64,000 nt of DNA from Candidatus Aminicenantes bacterium (GCA_963764745.1 CAVXTN010000012.1:307564-371563), one strand, 5' to 3'. Positions 13,155 to 30,579 are shown, counted from the first letter of the stretch. Notes: generated by a model from the letters alone, not told the origin. Made by a program: numbers and translations.

Positions 13155-14432
13155 TCAGCCAAATCGGGAAAAACAATCCGGAAAATCGCGCTCCAGCCAG
13201 GACAAATATGCATGGGCCGTTCTTTCCCCCTCCAGCCACCAGTCGCTGGCCAGGCCGTTTTTTTTCAAGGCGCAGAAAACCCGGCGCTCCCCGGCGCTCA
13301 AAAAAGAAGGCAGGCGCCGGGAAAAAGCGCTGCCGGCCAGGGGGAAAAAATGGTGCAGCTGGATATGGACACGGTGTTTCTTGCGCAGGGCGGCGATGAA
13401 TTCCAGCAGCAGACGCCGGTCGACCGCGGTTTCACCGGGCAAGGCGATGATGAAATCGAGGTTGGCCGAAAAACCGGCTGAGTTGGCGATTTCCACGGCC
13501 TGCCAGATGGCGGCCGTGTCATGGCCGCGGCCAAGGGAGGCCAAGCCCGCAGCCGAGGCGCTTTGCGCCCCGAACGTCAGCCGGCGGTTGGCCACGTGGC
13601 GGCGCAGGAGATCCACGCCTTCCGCGCTCACCGTATCGGGACGGATCTCGGAAGGAAATATGCCGAATTCGCTGAAGCGGAAACCGGCCCGGCGGCAAAG
13701 CTCCAGAAGCCTTTCGACGCGGCCGAGCTCCGGCCGTCCCCTGCGCCCGGCTCCGAATTCCAGGGCGGACGGCGAGATGAAACCGACGCGCGGCAGGCCG
13801 CGGCGGCGCAGTTCATCCAGATAGCGGCGGATCGACCCTTCGCCCCGGGTGAGAGGCCTGGTCCCGCCGGTCTGGCAGTAACGGCACTTCCAGAAGCAGC
13901 CTCGGGATATCTCCAGCGGCGGCACGGTCCGGAAATACCTGGATACCGGGATATACTCCTCCCAGGCGGATTCGGCACCGCTCCGGACTTTCTTGTCCTT
14001 GTCCGCGAGATACACGAGCGGATCGCCGCCGGCTTTGATCTTTCCGGCAAGCAGGTCACGGCCGAATTGCAGGAAAATCGTTTCGCCGGGACCGCGGCAA
14101 AGGATGTCGAAGCCGCAGGCCAGAGCCAATTCCTGCTCGCCGCTCACGTGCGGGCCCCCGGCGACCAGCAGGGGGGCGCTTTTGCCGGCAGCGCGCAGCA
14201 TCCTGATCTCTCCGGCAACCTGGGGCAGGTGCGGGGTCATGAAAGAATAGACGCAGGCGTCACTGCCCAGCAGGGCCCGGGTCTCCCCGGCCGCCAGCCG
14301 CCCCGGTTCGCCGTCAACCAGGACGATGTCGAACGCACGATCCAGGCCGTCCTTTTCCCAGATATTCAGCAGCAGGGGCACGGTCAGGCGATTGCCGGAA
14401 AATATCCTGAAAGCGACGCGCTTCTTCTTCAA
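13155..14432 (-). CDS. B12-binding-domain radical SAM protein (TIGR04013-like)
   Basis: YSFMT and AGGPHVSG in the N domain, EISRGCFWKCRYC (CxxxCxxC), GIFPSEIRPD. Confidence 0.8.
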   Translation of the reverse strand: MKKKRVAFRIFSGNRLTVPLLLNIWEKDGLDRAFDIVLVDGEPGRLAAGETRALLGSDACVYSFMTPHLPQVAGEIRMLRAAGKSAPLLVAGGPHVSGEQELALACGFDILCRGPGETIFLQFGRDLLAGKIKAGGDPLVYLADKDKKVRSGAESAWEEYIPVSRYFRTVPPLEISRGCFWKCRYCQTGGTRPLTRGEGSIRRYLDELRRRGLPRVGFISPSALEFGAGRRGRPELGRVERLLELCRRAGFRFSEFGIFPSEIRPDTVSAEGVDLLRRHVANRRLTFGAQSASAAGLASLGRGHDTAAIWQAVEIANSAGFSANLDFIIALPGETAVDRRLLLEFIAALRKKHRVHIQLHHFFPLAGSAFSRRLPSFLSAGERRVFCALKKNGLASDWWLEGERTAHAYLSWLERDFPDCFSRFG

Positions 14433-14475
14433 GTTCCCCCCAGACTATTTCCGGCTTTGCTTCCGGCCGTTCCGC

Positions 14476-14905
14476 CTACTGCTTTTTGAGCTTTTTGCAG
14501 ATACTGAGCTTGAGCTGGAGTTCCTTTTGCCTGGCCAGCTCCACCTGCAGTTCGGCGGGGGTGATGGCGCCCTGGAAAGAGGATTTGATCCGGGCCTCGG
14601 TTTCCCGCAGCTGCTTTCTGCAGGTCCTCTTCCCGCAGGTCCTCGCCGCGTTCAAAGGAATCGATGATCAGCGTGATGCGGTCGTCCCGGACTTCCAGGA
14701 ATCCTTCGCCGCTGAAGAGGTAATGCCGCACTCCGTCCAGGTCGAGATAGGACATCTCGCCCGGCCTTCAGCAGGGACAGGTAAGGCAAATGATGGGACA
14801 GGACGCCGGCTTCACCCAGGAAAGCCGGGATGTACAGATCCCTGATCTCCGCGCGCAGGACCACTTCGCGCGAAGTGAGGATCTCCAGCTCGATGGCGTC
14901 GGCCA

Positions 14906-14906
<1 letters not shown>
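14476..14906 (-). CDS. atpC: F1 ATP synthase epsilon subunit (frameshifted)
   Basis: IELEILT..IPAFLGEAGVLSHHLP..SGEGFLEVRDDRITL; directly after atpD. Confidence 0.8.
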
Positions 14907-16340
<1,434 letters not shown>

Positions 16341-16348
16341 GTTCGCTC

Positions 16349-17242
16349 CTATTTGTTCAGGGCTTCGGTGGCGGTGATGATCTCCAGAAGCTCCTTGGTG
16401 ATGGCCGCCTGCCGCATTTTATTCAACAGCAGGGTCAGGTCGCGGATCATGTCGCTGGCGTTGCGCGTGGCCAGGTCCATGGCCACCATGCGCGCCATCT
16501 GTTCCGCGGCCATGGACTGCAGCAGGATCTGGTAGACCATGGCGTTGATGTGGCGCGGCAAAAGCGCCTGAAAAAGCGCTTCGGCGCCGGGTTCAAAAAT
16601 GGTATTCCACTTTTTCCGCGCCCGTTTCCTTTTCAGCGGCCGCGGACGGCCGCGTGCCAGCACGCACCGGCAGACAGGCGGCGGATGGTGAATTGCTGCC
16701 GGGAGGCCGAAACGAATTCATTGAAGGCGAATTCAACGCTCTGCATCCCGCCGTTCAGGAACATCTCCTGAAGGTCGGCGGCCAGGCTGTCGGCATCGGC
16801 CAATTGCAGCCGGCCGATCAGGCCGTTATGGGCTTTTTTGACCTCCATGTTCCTTTTGCTGAAATAGCGGCTGGCCTTGGTGCCGATGGTGACCAGGGAC
16901 ACCGCCTGGCCGCCGGCGGTCAATTCCCGGTAATGGGCCTCGCTCTGTTTCAGGACATGGGAATTGAAGGCGCCGCACAGGCCCTTGTCGCTGGCCACGA
17001 CCACCAGCAGCACGGTTCCCCGCTCCGCCCCCTTCAGCAGCGGCTGCCCCGTCGAGCGGCGCCTCGGCGGCCGGCCTGCTGCAGAAGAAAAGCGATCTTG
17101 TCGCGGTAGGGCCGGGATTTTTTCAGCTCGGTCGTGGCGCGACGCAGCTTGGCCGCGGCCACGGTTTTCATGGCCCGGGTGAGCTTCTGGGTGTTTTTGA
17201 CCGACTTGATGCGCCGGCGCAGGACGATCAGGTTGCCGGCCA

Positions 17243-17243
<1 letters not shown>
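16349..17243 (-). CDS. atpG: F1 ATP synthase gamma subunit (three frame fragments)
   Basis: [24 protein letters not shown]; [10 protein letters not shown]; [26 protein letters not shown]. Confidence 0.93.
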
Positions 17244-18763
<1,520 letters not shown>

Positions 18764-19310
18764 TTATCTTTCCCCTACAAGCGTTTCACGCAATTTTTTC
18801 AGGCTGCCGGACAAGGAAAAATCGTATTGCACCGATCCCCGCTGCAGGCTGATACCGGCGATCAGATCCGGCTCCACCCCGTATTCCAGGACGACTTTCC
18901 TGGCCAGGGACTTTTTCCAGCTTGCCGAGCAGGCGTTCTTTTTGATCTCCCGCCAGCTCGACGGCCGAATGCACGACGATTTTTTCGATGCCGCGAGCGG
19001 CGCACCAGGCGTCGGGAAGCTGCTGCACCATCTGCGCCAGGTAGGCCAGGCGGTTCTCGGCTGCCACGGTCAGCAGGAATTGAAAGGTCTTGGCATGAAG
19101 GTGCATCTTGGCGTTGACGATATCCAGGGCCGCCATCTTCTCCGCCTGGGAGATCAGGGAAGTCGCCAGCCCGATCTTCACTCTTTCATCGCCGGCGAGC
19201 AGGTCCAGGAAAGCTTGCAGTTCAGCGCTGACGCGATCGAATTCGGCCTGGTCGTCCATGGCCAGCACCAGGGCCTTGGCATAGCGCTTGACCAGGTTAC
19301 TTTCCTTCAT
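18764..19310 (-). CDS. atpH: ATP synthase delta subunit (C-terminal frameshift)
   Basis: KRYAKAL, FLLTVAAENRL, VHSAVEL; lies between atpF and atpA. Confidence 0.88.
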
Positions 19311-19869
19311 CCAGGTCTCCGCAGGAGTCTATGTTGCGCTCGATGATCTTTTTCTGCGTATCGTCGTCCAGGTTCCGGGCGAAATCACTCTTGAAACGCT
19401 CAATGGCCAGGTCGGCGATGCGGCCCTTGACCGTGCGCACGGCGGCCTCGACGCGCTGGCGGATCTCTTCCTCGCTCAAAGCGATGATACGCTCCGCTTC
19501 CCGGCGCCCGGCTTCCCGCAGCCGGGCCAGCTCTTCCCGCCCGGCCGCTTCGGCGCCGTTTTTCATCCCTTCGACTTCAGCCGCCATTTTGTCCAGGCGC
19601 TGCTGGATGTCCGCCAGTTGAACCGAGGTAGCGGCCAGGTTTTTTTCCCTTTCCACGATATCATCCTGGATGGCGGAACTCTTCTGGGACAGCATCTGGA
19701 TCAGGGGCTTGCGCAGCAGCAGGATCAGGCCGCCAAAGAGAACCGTGGAATTGAATACCTTGCCCAGGAAGTTGAACCAGTCCACGTGCGCGGCTTCGCC
19801 CTCGGCGGATGCCGCCAGGCCGGCGGTCAGCGCCAGGAACAGGAACAGCGAAAATCCGATTTTTTTCAT
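19297..19869 (-). CDS. atpF: ATP synthase F0 b subunit
   Basis: N-terminal hydrophobic segments, NSTVLFGGLILLLRKP, long charged helix. Confidence 0.85.
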   Translation of the reverse strand: MKKIGFSLFLFLALTAGLAASAEGEAAHVDWFNFLGKVFNSTVLFGGLILLLRKPLIQMLSQKSSAIQDDIVEREKNLAATSVQLADIQQRLDKMAAEVEGMKNGAEAAGREELARLREAGRREAERIIALSEEEIRQRVEAAVRTVKGRIADLAIERFKSDFARNLDDDTQKKIIERNIDSCGDLDEGK

Positions 19870-20279
19870 AAATAGGCTTGCCTGATCTTCTCGCTGAAAG
19901 CGGCGACCTGCTTTTCCAGGACATCCTCGACGGCGACGATCTCGCCTTCCAGGGCGGCGATCTTTTCACTCAAGACGAGCGCCGCCCGCTCCTTGGCCTG
20001 GGACACGGCCCTGGCCCGGACCTCTTCGCCGTTTTTCAGCCACTCTTCCCTGATCTGCCGGGCATCTTTCCGGGCCTGGCCCAACTGGTCTTCCACGGCC
20101 CGCGTCCGGGTCTCGATCTCGGCCATCATGCTCTCCTGCCGTTGCGAATCGGCGGCGATCTTCGACTCCCGGGCGTCGATGATCTGGCCGACCGGCTTGA
20201 AGAAGATGCGGTTCAGAACGAGATAAAGCAGCCAGACCAGGAAAAATATCCAGAGGAAGGAAGAATTGAGGTCTAACAT
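19866..20279 (-). CDS. ATP synthase F0 b' subunit
   Basis: TM helix then LNRIFFKPV..IDARE, coiled coil; first gene of the atp operon. Confidence 0.85.
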   Translation of the reverse strand: MLDLNSSFLWIFFLVWLLYLVLNRIFFKPVGQIIDARESKIAADSQRQESMMAEIETRTRAVEDQLGQARKDARQIREEWLKNGEEVRARAVSQAKERAALVLSEKIAALEGEIVAVEDVLEKQVAAFSEKIRQAYL

Positions 20280-20314
20280 AGAGGAAATGTACCATAACAG
20301 CGGTTAAAAATCAA
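20280..20314 (-). promoter_or_regulatory. Promoter of the atp operon, apparently leaderless
   Basis: TTGATT-17-TACATT-6 nt-ATG on the minus strand, no SD. Confidence 0.6.
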
Positions 20315-20357
20315 TACTTACCGGCGGCTCCGCCGGGGCGTTCCGCTGCGGCCGCCC

Positions 20358-20386
20358 TTGACAGCTTGGACCGGCTCGGGTAAGAT
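20358..20386 (+). promoter_or_regulatory. Sigma70-type promoter of dedA
   Basis: TTGACA-17-TAAGAT. Confidence 0.6.
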
Positions 20387-20447
20387 GAAAGCGGCAGCCT
20401 GACGGGCCCGCGCCCCAAACAAAAGCAAATTCCTCCCAGGAGCAAGC

Positions 20448-21104
20448 ATGGAAATCATCGGCAAATTGATCGACCTGGTCGTGCACCTGGACGTGCACCT
20501 CAACACCCTGATCGTCACCTACCAGCTCTGGACCTACCTGATCCTGTTCGCCGTGATATTCTGCGAGACCGGCCTGGTGGTCACGCCGTTCCTCCCCGGC
20601 GACTCGCTGCTGTTCGCCACCGGGGCCCTGGCCGCCATGCCCGGCAGCCCCTTGCGCGTCCACTGGCTTTTCCTGGTCCTCGCCGCCGCCGCCGTGCTCG
20701 GCGACACGGTCAATTACTGGATCGGCCACGCCGTGGGCCCCAGGATCTTCAACCAGAAAAAGGTCCGTTTCCTGAAAAAGGAGCACCTGGAGCGGACGCA
20801 CGAGTTTTATGAAAAATACGGGGGCGTCACCATCATCCTGGCCCGTTTCATTCCCATCATCCGGACCTTCGCGCCGTTCGTGGCCGGCATCGGCCGCATG
20901 ACCTACTGGCGCTTCATCAGCTACAACGTCATCGGCGGCATCGCCTGGGTGGCCATCTTCGTCTTCGGCGGCTATTTCTTCGGCAACCTGCCCGTGGTCA
21001 GGCGCAACTTCACCATCGTCATCTTCGCCATCATCTTCATCTCGGTGCTGCCGGGAGTGATCGAGTACCTGAGGCAAAGGCGAAAGAACAAAAAAGACAA
21101 ATAA
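20448..21104 (+). CDS. dedA: DedA family membrane protein
   Basis: [44 protein letters not shown]. Confidence 0.93.
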   Translation: MEIIGKLIDLVVHLDVHLNTLIVTYQLWTYLILFAVIFCETGLVVTPFLPGDSLLFATGALAAMPGSPLRVHWLFLVLAAAAVLGDTVNYWIGHAVGPRIFNQKKVRFLKKEHLERTHEFYEKYGGVTIILARFIPIIRTFAPFVAGIGRMTYWRFISYNVIGGIAWVAIFVFGGYFFGNLPVVRRNFTIVIFAIIFISVLPGVIEYLRQRRKNKKDK

Positions 21105-21177
21105 CCTTGGGACGATTCAGCGGATCCCCGCATTTATTTTTTAAATCGGCGCTTATTTTTTTCGCGGAGGTGAAAGG

Positions 21178-23061
21178 ATGCATATCCTAAGAACGGTTGC
21201 TTTGGCCATTTTCTTTTTGCTGTCATGCGCGCCCATTTCAATGCCGGCTCAGGAGCGCGATCGCAGCCAGATCCCCGATCAATACCGATGGGACCTTACC
21301 GCCATCTATCCCTCCGCTTCGGCCTGGCAGGAAGCCAGGCAGAAATTCAGCGGCGAACTCCCGGCCATCGGCAAGTACGAGGGCACGCTGGCCACGTCAG
21401 CGGATCGGCTATCGGGATGCCTCGATCTTCTCGATCATCTCAACAGGCAATTCACGCGCCTGTTCACCTATGCGAACCTGAATCTGGACCAGGATATGCG
21501 CGTGCCAGCGAGCCAGGCGCTCAAGCAGGAGCTGGACCAGCTGGGTGCGACGTTTGCCGAGCAAACGGCGTTCATCGATCCCGAGGTCCTGGCGATCGAT
21601 CCCGCCAAGCTGCAAACGTTCCTCTCCGGCGCCGGGAAGCTGGAACCCTACCGCCACTACTTGCACGATCTTTTTCGCCGCCAGGCGCATGCCGGAAACA
21701 TGGATGAAAAAAAGATCATTGCCGCAGCGGAATTGCTAGCGGCTGCCCCGGTGAATATCCGTGACGCGCTGGTCAATATGGATTTCCCATACCCCGAGGT
21801 GACCGGGAGCGATGGAAAAATGGTGAAGCTCGATCCATCCGGATTTGCCCGGCAGCGAAGGTCGGCGAACCGTGAAGACCGCAAGAAAGCGTATTCGACA
21901 TACCATGGGAAAACTGAACGAGTTCAGCGCCACTTTCGGCGCGCTTCTGAACGCGCAAATCATGAAAGATCTATTCTACATGAAGGCGGGGAAATATGGC
22001 TCGTGCCTCGAAAGCTCCTTGGATGAGGACAATATCCCGGTTCAGGTTTTTCACAGCCTGGTCGAGAATGTGAACAGGAACCTCCCTGTCTTCCATCGCT
22101 ACCTGAAGCTGCGGCAAAGAATTCTCGGCGTGGACCGGTTGCACTACCATGATCTTTCCGCGCCACTGGCGGTCGCGGCCGACCGGCAATTCACTTTCGC
22201 TGAAGCGCGGGAGCATATTCTGGCGGCGTGCAGGCCCCTGGGCAATGACTATGTGTCGGTGGCCAGAAAGGCCTTTGCCGACCGCTGGATCGATGCGTAT
22301 CCGACCGCGGGGAAGCGCCCGGGCGGCTATGCCAATGGCTGGGCATACGATGTCCATCCCTACATCCTGTTCAATTTCGGCGGCAGCTACGATGACATGA
22401 GCGGATTGGCCCATGAACTTGGCCATGCGCTGCAAAGCGATCTGTCGAATCGCAAGCAACCCTTCGCCGTGGCTCAGTGCCCCCGGTTCGTTACCGAGGT
22501 CGCCTCCACGCTGAACGAAGCGCTTTGGTGGATTCCCTGTTAAAACAAACCAGGGACGATGATGTACGGCTCTCCATGCTCGGCAATTATCTTGACGGCT
22601 TCGCGATCAAGATCTTCCGGGCAACGCAGATCTCTGAGTTCGAGCTTCGCGCCCATGAAATGGCCGAAAAAGGGGAGCAACTCACAGGCGATGCGCTGAA
22701 CCGCTTGTATTTGGAGATCGCGAGAAAGTACTATGGTCATGACCGGAACGTCTGTGTCGTGGATGACGCCATCCAATCGGACTGGACGACCATCCCCCAG
22801 TTGTACTACGACTTTTATGCCTACCAGTACGCGACGGCTTTCTCGGCCTCTACGGCGTTGTCGGAATTGGTGCTGAACGGCGGTAAGGCTGCGCAAAAGA
22901 AATATCTCGATTTCCTTTCTTCCGGCGGATCGGATTATGCGATCCCGTTGCTGAAAAAAGCCGGGGTCGACATGACTGCCCCCGAGCCGTTTGATTTATG
23001 CATGGCCAAGATGAACCGTGCCCTGGATGAAATGGAAAAGATACTGGACAAAAAGAAGTGA
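21178..23061 (+). CDS. pepF: Oligoendopeptidase F (M3B) with signal peptide (two frameshifts)
   Basis: RSQIPDQYRWDLTAIY, GKRPGGY, AHELGH, EVASTLNE, FYAYQYAT, GGSDYAIPLLKKAGVDM. Confidence 0.88.
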
Positions 23062-23090
23062 CCTCCGCGCCTGGCGGCGGAAGATAGCTG

Positions 23091-24412
23091 TTACTTCTCG
23101 CCCGTCACTTCGTTCTCTTCGAGCTTGGCGATCTTCTGCTGCAGCCGCTTGAGCCGCTTTTCCATCTCCTGCTGCCGGGCCGGGGAGAGGCCGCCGCCGG
23201 AGAGGGCCTTCTCGACGTAGGTGACGGCCATGGCATAGTCGCGCTCGCGATGCTCGTAGTGCACCGAGATCTCGTGCTGGGCCTGGGGGTCGCTGGCATC
23301 GGCCAGCTGCCGCCACAGTTCCAGGGCCTCGCCATAGAGTTTTTTCTTCTTCATGAGCGCGGACAGGCGCTGCGCGGCCAGGGTGCCGACGTCGGAGCGC
23401 GAGCTGACCTCGCGGGCGACCTTGTAAAATTCCTCGGCTTTCTCCAGCAGCCCGGCCCGCTCGCAGAGCCGGCCCAGGCCGAAGATCTCCCCGCCGTCGC
23501 CGGTCAGGGAATAGTCGTCCAGGTAGAGCACGCCCAGCAGCACCACGGCGGCCAGGCCGACCAGGTCCATGGCGTTGTGCTCGACGACCGGCTCGATCAG
23601 CGAGAAAGCCTGGCTGCGCAGGAAGTTGAAATAAAGGGCCGGGATGTCGCTGCCGTCGATATCGTCCTCGCGCGACAGCCCGAGCAGCATCTCGCCCAGG
23701 TAGCCGAGCTGGCGCGAATCGAAGGTGTTGCGCCAGATGGTGCGGGCCGGGAACAGGAAATCCAGGTGCGGCAGGTCGCGCAGCGGAAAGCGCTGGCGCT
23801 GCAGGATATAGCGGGTCTCCAGCAGGGGGGAATCGAAGGCTTTGCCGTTGTAGGTCACGAGCGCGGAAAAGCCTTTCTCCTCCAGGAAGCGGGCGACAGC
23901 CTCCAGGAACTCCCCTTCCCGGTCCAGGCTCAGCAGCACGAAGATCTTGACCTGGAAGGCCTGGTCGCTGAAGAAGCCGAAGCCCAGCATGAAGGGGATG
24001 GTGCCGGTGCCGCCGGCCAGCCCGGTCGTCTCGCTGTCGAAGAAAACGACCCGGCGCGGGTCGACGGCGGCGAACTCGCCGCCGCCGGCGATGACCTCGA
24101 GGGCGCCGGGCTTCAGCGCCAGCCAGTCGCCCAGGCGCACCTTGCCGTAGCGGCCGTCGAGGGAATACGTGAATTCCTTGACCAGATAAGGTTCCGCCGC
24201 CGCGGCCTCCGGCAGGCGCGGCTCGGGTCGCGCGGGCTCCGGACTCTGCGCCGGCGCAGCCGCAGGCTTCTCCTTTTGCTTCAGGTTGTGGCGTACCAGC
24301 TTTTCGAGTTTTTCCCTGGTGGAGAGCCCACCGTCGTTTTCCAGGCTGCTGCCAGCTTCTCCTGGATGTCATTTTTATCGAGATCGTGCAGGCGATCCTT
24401 CAGTTTTCTCAT
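23091..24412 (-). CDS. YprB-like RNase H-fold (DEDD) exonuclease with C-terminal TPR repeats (N-terminal frameshifts)
   Basis: FFDSETTGLAGGTGT, YNGKAFD, HNAMDL, YEHRERDY TPR tail. Confidence 0.82.
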
Positions 24413-24467
24413 TTGCTTTTTTCCGTTTTGTACGATAGCACAAAAGGGCGGTGCCGGCAACGGGGCC

Positions 24468-25165
24468 TCAGGCAGGCAACAGCGGCATTTCTCCCCAATT
24501 TCCCCGCCGGGTGCGGTGCTTCAGCCCGGCGCGCACCAGCTCCAGGTAACGGCGGCGGGTGATGGACCTGGCCCCCCAGCCGGCCAGGTGCGGGCTGCGG
24601 CATCTGGCAGTCGATGAAAGCGAAGCCCCTTTTGCACCAGGGTCGCGGCCAGGACGGCCAGGGCGGCCTTGGAGGCGTTGTCCTCGAGGTGGAACATCGA
24701 CTCGGCGAAAAAACAGCGCCCCAATGAGATCCCGTAAACACCACCCGCGAGTTCACCGTCCTTCCAGGCTTCCAGGGAATGGGCATAGCCCAGCCGGTGC
24801 AGGTCGACATAGGCGTCGCGCATGGCCGGCGTGATCCAGGTGCCTTGCTGATCAGGGCGCGGCTGCGCGCAGCCTGCGATGACTTCAGCGAAGACCCGGT
24901 CAAAGGTAAAAGTGAAAGCATGGCGCTTCAATAATTTTTTCAGGCTGCCGCTGGCATGAAACTCGCTTGGGAAAAGGACGAAGCGCGGGTCGGGCGACCA
25001 CCACAGGATCGGTTCGCCTTCGCCGTACCAGGGGAAGATGCCCCGGCCGTAGGCGCGCAGCAGGCGTCGCGGCGACAGGTCGCCGCCCATGGCCAGCAGC
25101 CCGTCGCGCCCGGCCGTCTCCGCCGGCGGAAAATCGCGGCTGTCACCCAGGCTGAAGATCGGCAT
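24468..25165 (-). CDS. aat: Leucyl/phenylalanyl-tRNA-protein transferase (C-terminal frameshift)
   Basis: GLLAMGGDL, AYGRGIFPW, WWSPDPR, TWIT, AHSLEAW, ESMFH..ASK, IDCQ. Confidence 0.93.
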
Positions 25166-25300
25166 TGCTTGAAACCCTCCTCGACGGCTTCGGACTCATG
25201 GTAGCAGAAAACGGCTTTTCCTGCAGCTGCAAGATTGACAACGAGAGGTGTTGCGGATATAAAGTACTTTTCTTTGGAGCAAACAAGGAGGAAAGCCGCT

Positions 25301-27425
<2,125 letters not shown>

Positions 27426-27429
27426 GGAC

Positions 27430-27448
27430 CGCCGGGAACCGGCGTTTA
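27430..27448. terminator. Hairpin between convergent dcp and serine hydrolase
   Basis: CGCCGG-GAA-CCGGCG followed by TTTAA. Confidence 0.45.
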
Positions 27449-28850
27449 ACGCAAGCGCCTCAGTATGGCGCCGATCTTCTGGGCCAGCGAGCTGGCCGCC
27501 GGCGGGTCGTAGTTGCCCATGACCACCACGGTCCAGCCGGGAAGCGGATCAATTTCCAGATCGGCATTGATGCCGGGAGCGCCGCCGGCAAAACCTTGCG
27601 GCCCGGCGAACCACTCTTTGTTCTGGGACCCGAACAGCTTCCCCGATCGCAGCGCCAGGGCGAAGCGGAAAAGATCCATGGCGGTCGAGTAGCCGCCGCC
27701 GGCCGAACTCCCCCGCGCCGGACGGGTGTAGATGTTGCTGCGCCGCGGCTCTTTGCCGTGGTCGGCGTCATCCCAGTTGCGGGTATAGCCGGAGGCCACT
27801 CCGGCTTCGGGCACATCGGCCTCCAGGTGGCCAGTGGCGGTCATCCCGGCCGGAGAGTATACGTGGTCGCGGACATAATCGAAATAGCTCTGGCCGGAGG
27901 CTTTTTCCACGATCAGCCCCAGGACGATGAAGCCGCCGTTGGAATAACGCCGCTGGCTGCCGGGCGCGAAAAGCAGCGGTTCGGAGGCAAAAAGCCCCAG
28001 GTAATCTTCAAGAGAACGGATGCGGTCCTTTGGCGTATCCTCATATTTTTTCCCGAAAAAATCGCCGATGCCCGAGGTCATGTCCAGGAGCTGGCGCACG
28101 GTCACCTTGGCCGCCGCCTCGCGGTTCGGGTAAGCGGGCAGGAATTTTCCGATCGTGTCCTCCAGGGAAAGCTTGCCCTGTTCGGCCAGTTGGCCGATGG
28201 CCACGTGCGTGAACAGCTTGTTGATCGATCCCAGGTTGAAGCGCGTGTCGGGGCGGTTGGCCACGGCGAATTCCCGGCTGGCCAGCCCGCGGGCCTCGTG
28301 GATGAGCACCCGGTCACCCTGGGCGACCAGCACCACCCCGGAAAACTGGTCGGAGCGCGACCGTTCGTCAAGGACGGCCCGGACCCGCGCCAGCACTTCT
28401 TCGCGGCTCAGCGGCGGCCCCGCCAGTTCGGCCGCGCTCTCGGGGTCGATCGGGGCGCCCATGATGGCGGCGAGCCGGGCTTCCCCGCCCTTTTCGAAGC
28501 GGAAGGTGAATTCCAGCATCTCCCCCCGCCCGTCCCGCGCCAGGTAGCCGGCCTCGTCTTCCGTCTCGCGGAGCAGCTTTTCGGGAGTCAGGCTCAGCGC
28601 TTCCTTCTTGATGCCGCGATAGCGGGCCAGGCGTTCCTCCACCGTGGCCTGCTTCAGGGCTTCGGCGCCGAGATTGTCCTTGAGGAACGCGGCCATGGCC
28701 TCCTCGCCCTCCGCATTGAAGGCGGCGAAGTAGGCGGCGGCGCGCCGGCCCTGGATGGTATCCGGGAATGAAAAAGCGCCCTGTTTGGGCGGCCAGCGCC
28801 GCGCCAACAAGAATCATAAGAATGAAAACATATTTTCTTCCAGATTTCAT
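27446..28850 (-). CDS. Serine hydrolase, beta-lactamase/AmpC-like family, exported (frameshift in signal region)
   Basis: FNLGSINK (SxxK), YSN, SAGGGYST. Confidence 0.85.
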
Positions 28851-28926
28851 GAGACACCTCCGGATAGAATTATGACGCTCCCACCCCCGGGAAAAGATGC
28901 AGATTCCCCTCCGCTGATCTTTTATT

Positions 28927-30579
28927 TTACTCGCGGTTGTTGGTGAACAGGGCGATCAGGCGGTTGCGCATGCCGATATACAGGGGCGGGACCTGCTCCA
29001 TCAGCCGCCGACAATAGGCGGTCAGGTAGGCCTTGGCTTTTTTGGGGCTGACGGCAAAGAGCCGGAGGGCTTCTTTTTCGATCTTTTCCTGGTCGGCGAA
29101 AATTTTTTCTTCAAAAGGCTGGCGCCAGGCCAGGACCTCCCTGGACGCGTCCTGGAAGCGCAGGCCGCAGAGGTTGTCGACGAAATCGATGGTCCAGCGC
29201 GCCGATTGGTCGCTGTAATTCTCCGGGTCGTAGGTCTGGTAGCACGGCGCGGTTTCGCTGCAGCCGGCGTAGACCGGGACGTAGGGGCTGATGTAGGGGT
29301 TGTCCTGGTAGACCCAGTACACGCCGCCGATGGCGTCGGGCAGCCAGCTGCGCAGCTGGCAGACCATGCCGTAATGGCCGCGGTGGCGGGCCACCGGCCG
29401 GCGGTTGCTCAGCTTGAGCAGGGCGCGCAGCTCGCTGTTCGGGAACGGGGTGGCCAGGGGGCTGACCTTGCAGCCGCCCTTGCCGTCGGAGACCAGCCAT
29501 TGCGGCTGGGCGGTGAAATCGTAGATCGTGCCCGCGAAAACCGAACGCTGGAAGGCGATCACGTCTGCCAGGGCTATTTTCTTTTCCGGGGCGGCGGAAA
29601 AGGGGTAGAGGGAAAGGGGCTCCACCGTCTGGTAATAAGGATTGATGGTGGCCATGGGATTCGTCCCGAGCTTGCGGTCGGGCCATTGGGCCAGGTTGGG
29701 CATGAAGGTCGTATAAAAAAGCCAGAAGCGGCTGGTGGCGAACTCGACCGGCAGCGGGCGCATAGATCTCCTGCCAGATGAAGGGCTTGCCCGCGGCCGG
29801 ATCGTACCAGCCGCGTTCGACCGCTTCCTGCAGGTAATTGGCCGAGACCATGAAATTCTCCTTGTCGTCGGCGCGGATCTCCTTGATGATGCTCCAGTTG
29901 GGAATGATCAGGGCCTGGTCGTCGCCCAGGCGCTGCGCCGCCCAGATGGCGCCGGGCTTGCCGCTTTCCGGGGTCCAGCCCGGCCCCACGCCGAATATCT
30001 CCAGGACCCAGGCCTCGCCCGGGTCACCGATGACCAGGTCCTCGGCGCCGTCGCCGCTGGAGGGCAGGAAGCCGTACGTTTCCATGAGCGAGCCGATGAG
30101 GCGCACGGCGTCGCGCGCCTTCTTGCAGCGCTGCAGGGCGAAGATCTCGGCCTGTTCGACGGTCATGATCTGCTTGCCGGTTTCCCGGGTCACGGCCAGC
30201 TCGGGGCGCTGGTTGATGGTGCTTTCGGCGATGGCCAGCTGGTACTCGTTCATGTGCGGATAGGCCGAGTGGATGTAAGCGTAGGTCTCGGCAGCTTGCG
30301 GGAATATAACCCAGGATCTCGCCGTCGTCGCGCAGCGGCCGGCCGAGCGTCCTGGATGCCCCAGTAAACCGGCGCGGTCTCGCCCGCCTTGTGCCTGGCG
30401 GCAGGCACCACGAAGATGCGCGAATCGGGGCCGGCGTCGGTATGGGAGAGGATCAGCGAGCCGTCGGCCGAGGCTTTTTTGCCCACGGCGATCACGGTGC
30501 AGCCCTCGTCGTTGGCGGCGGCCGGCAACAGGAACACGAAGATCCAGATCATTATCATGGCCAGGATGATTTTTTTCAT
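28927..30579 (-). CDS. Peptidase C69 family dipeptidase (Ntn hydrolase), exported (frameshifted)
   Basis: Signal peptide then CTVIAVGKKASADGS (N-terminal Cys nucleophile), MNEYQLAIAEST, ALQRCKKARDAV, WAAQR. Confidence 0.85.

Noticed and set aside
13155-14432. RiPP cluster around the radical SAM gene (with the 72-aa ORF at 39075 as precursor)
   Set aside because: No SPASM/RRE domain and no adjacent precursor or transporter; the small ORF is 25 kb away.
21105-21120. TTGGGAC upstream of pepF as a second AraC half-site
   Set aside because: Only a 7-bp match with no symmetric partner; could be chance.
27446-28850. Antibiotic-resistance beta-lactamase
   Set aside because: SxxK and YxN fit the broad serine hydrolase/peptidase family; the class C KTG motif is not evident, so resistance cannot be claimed.
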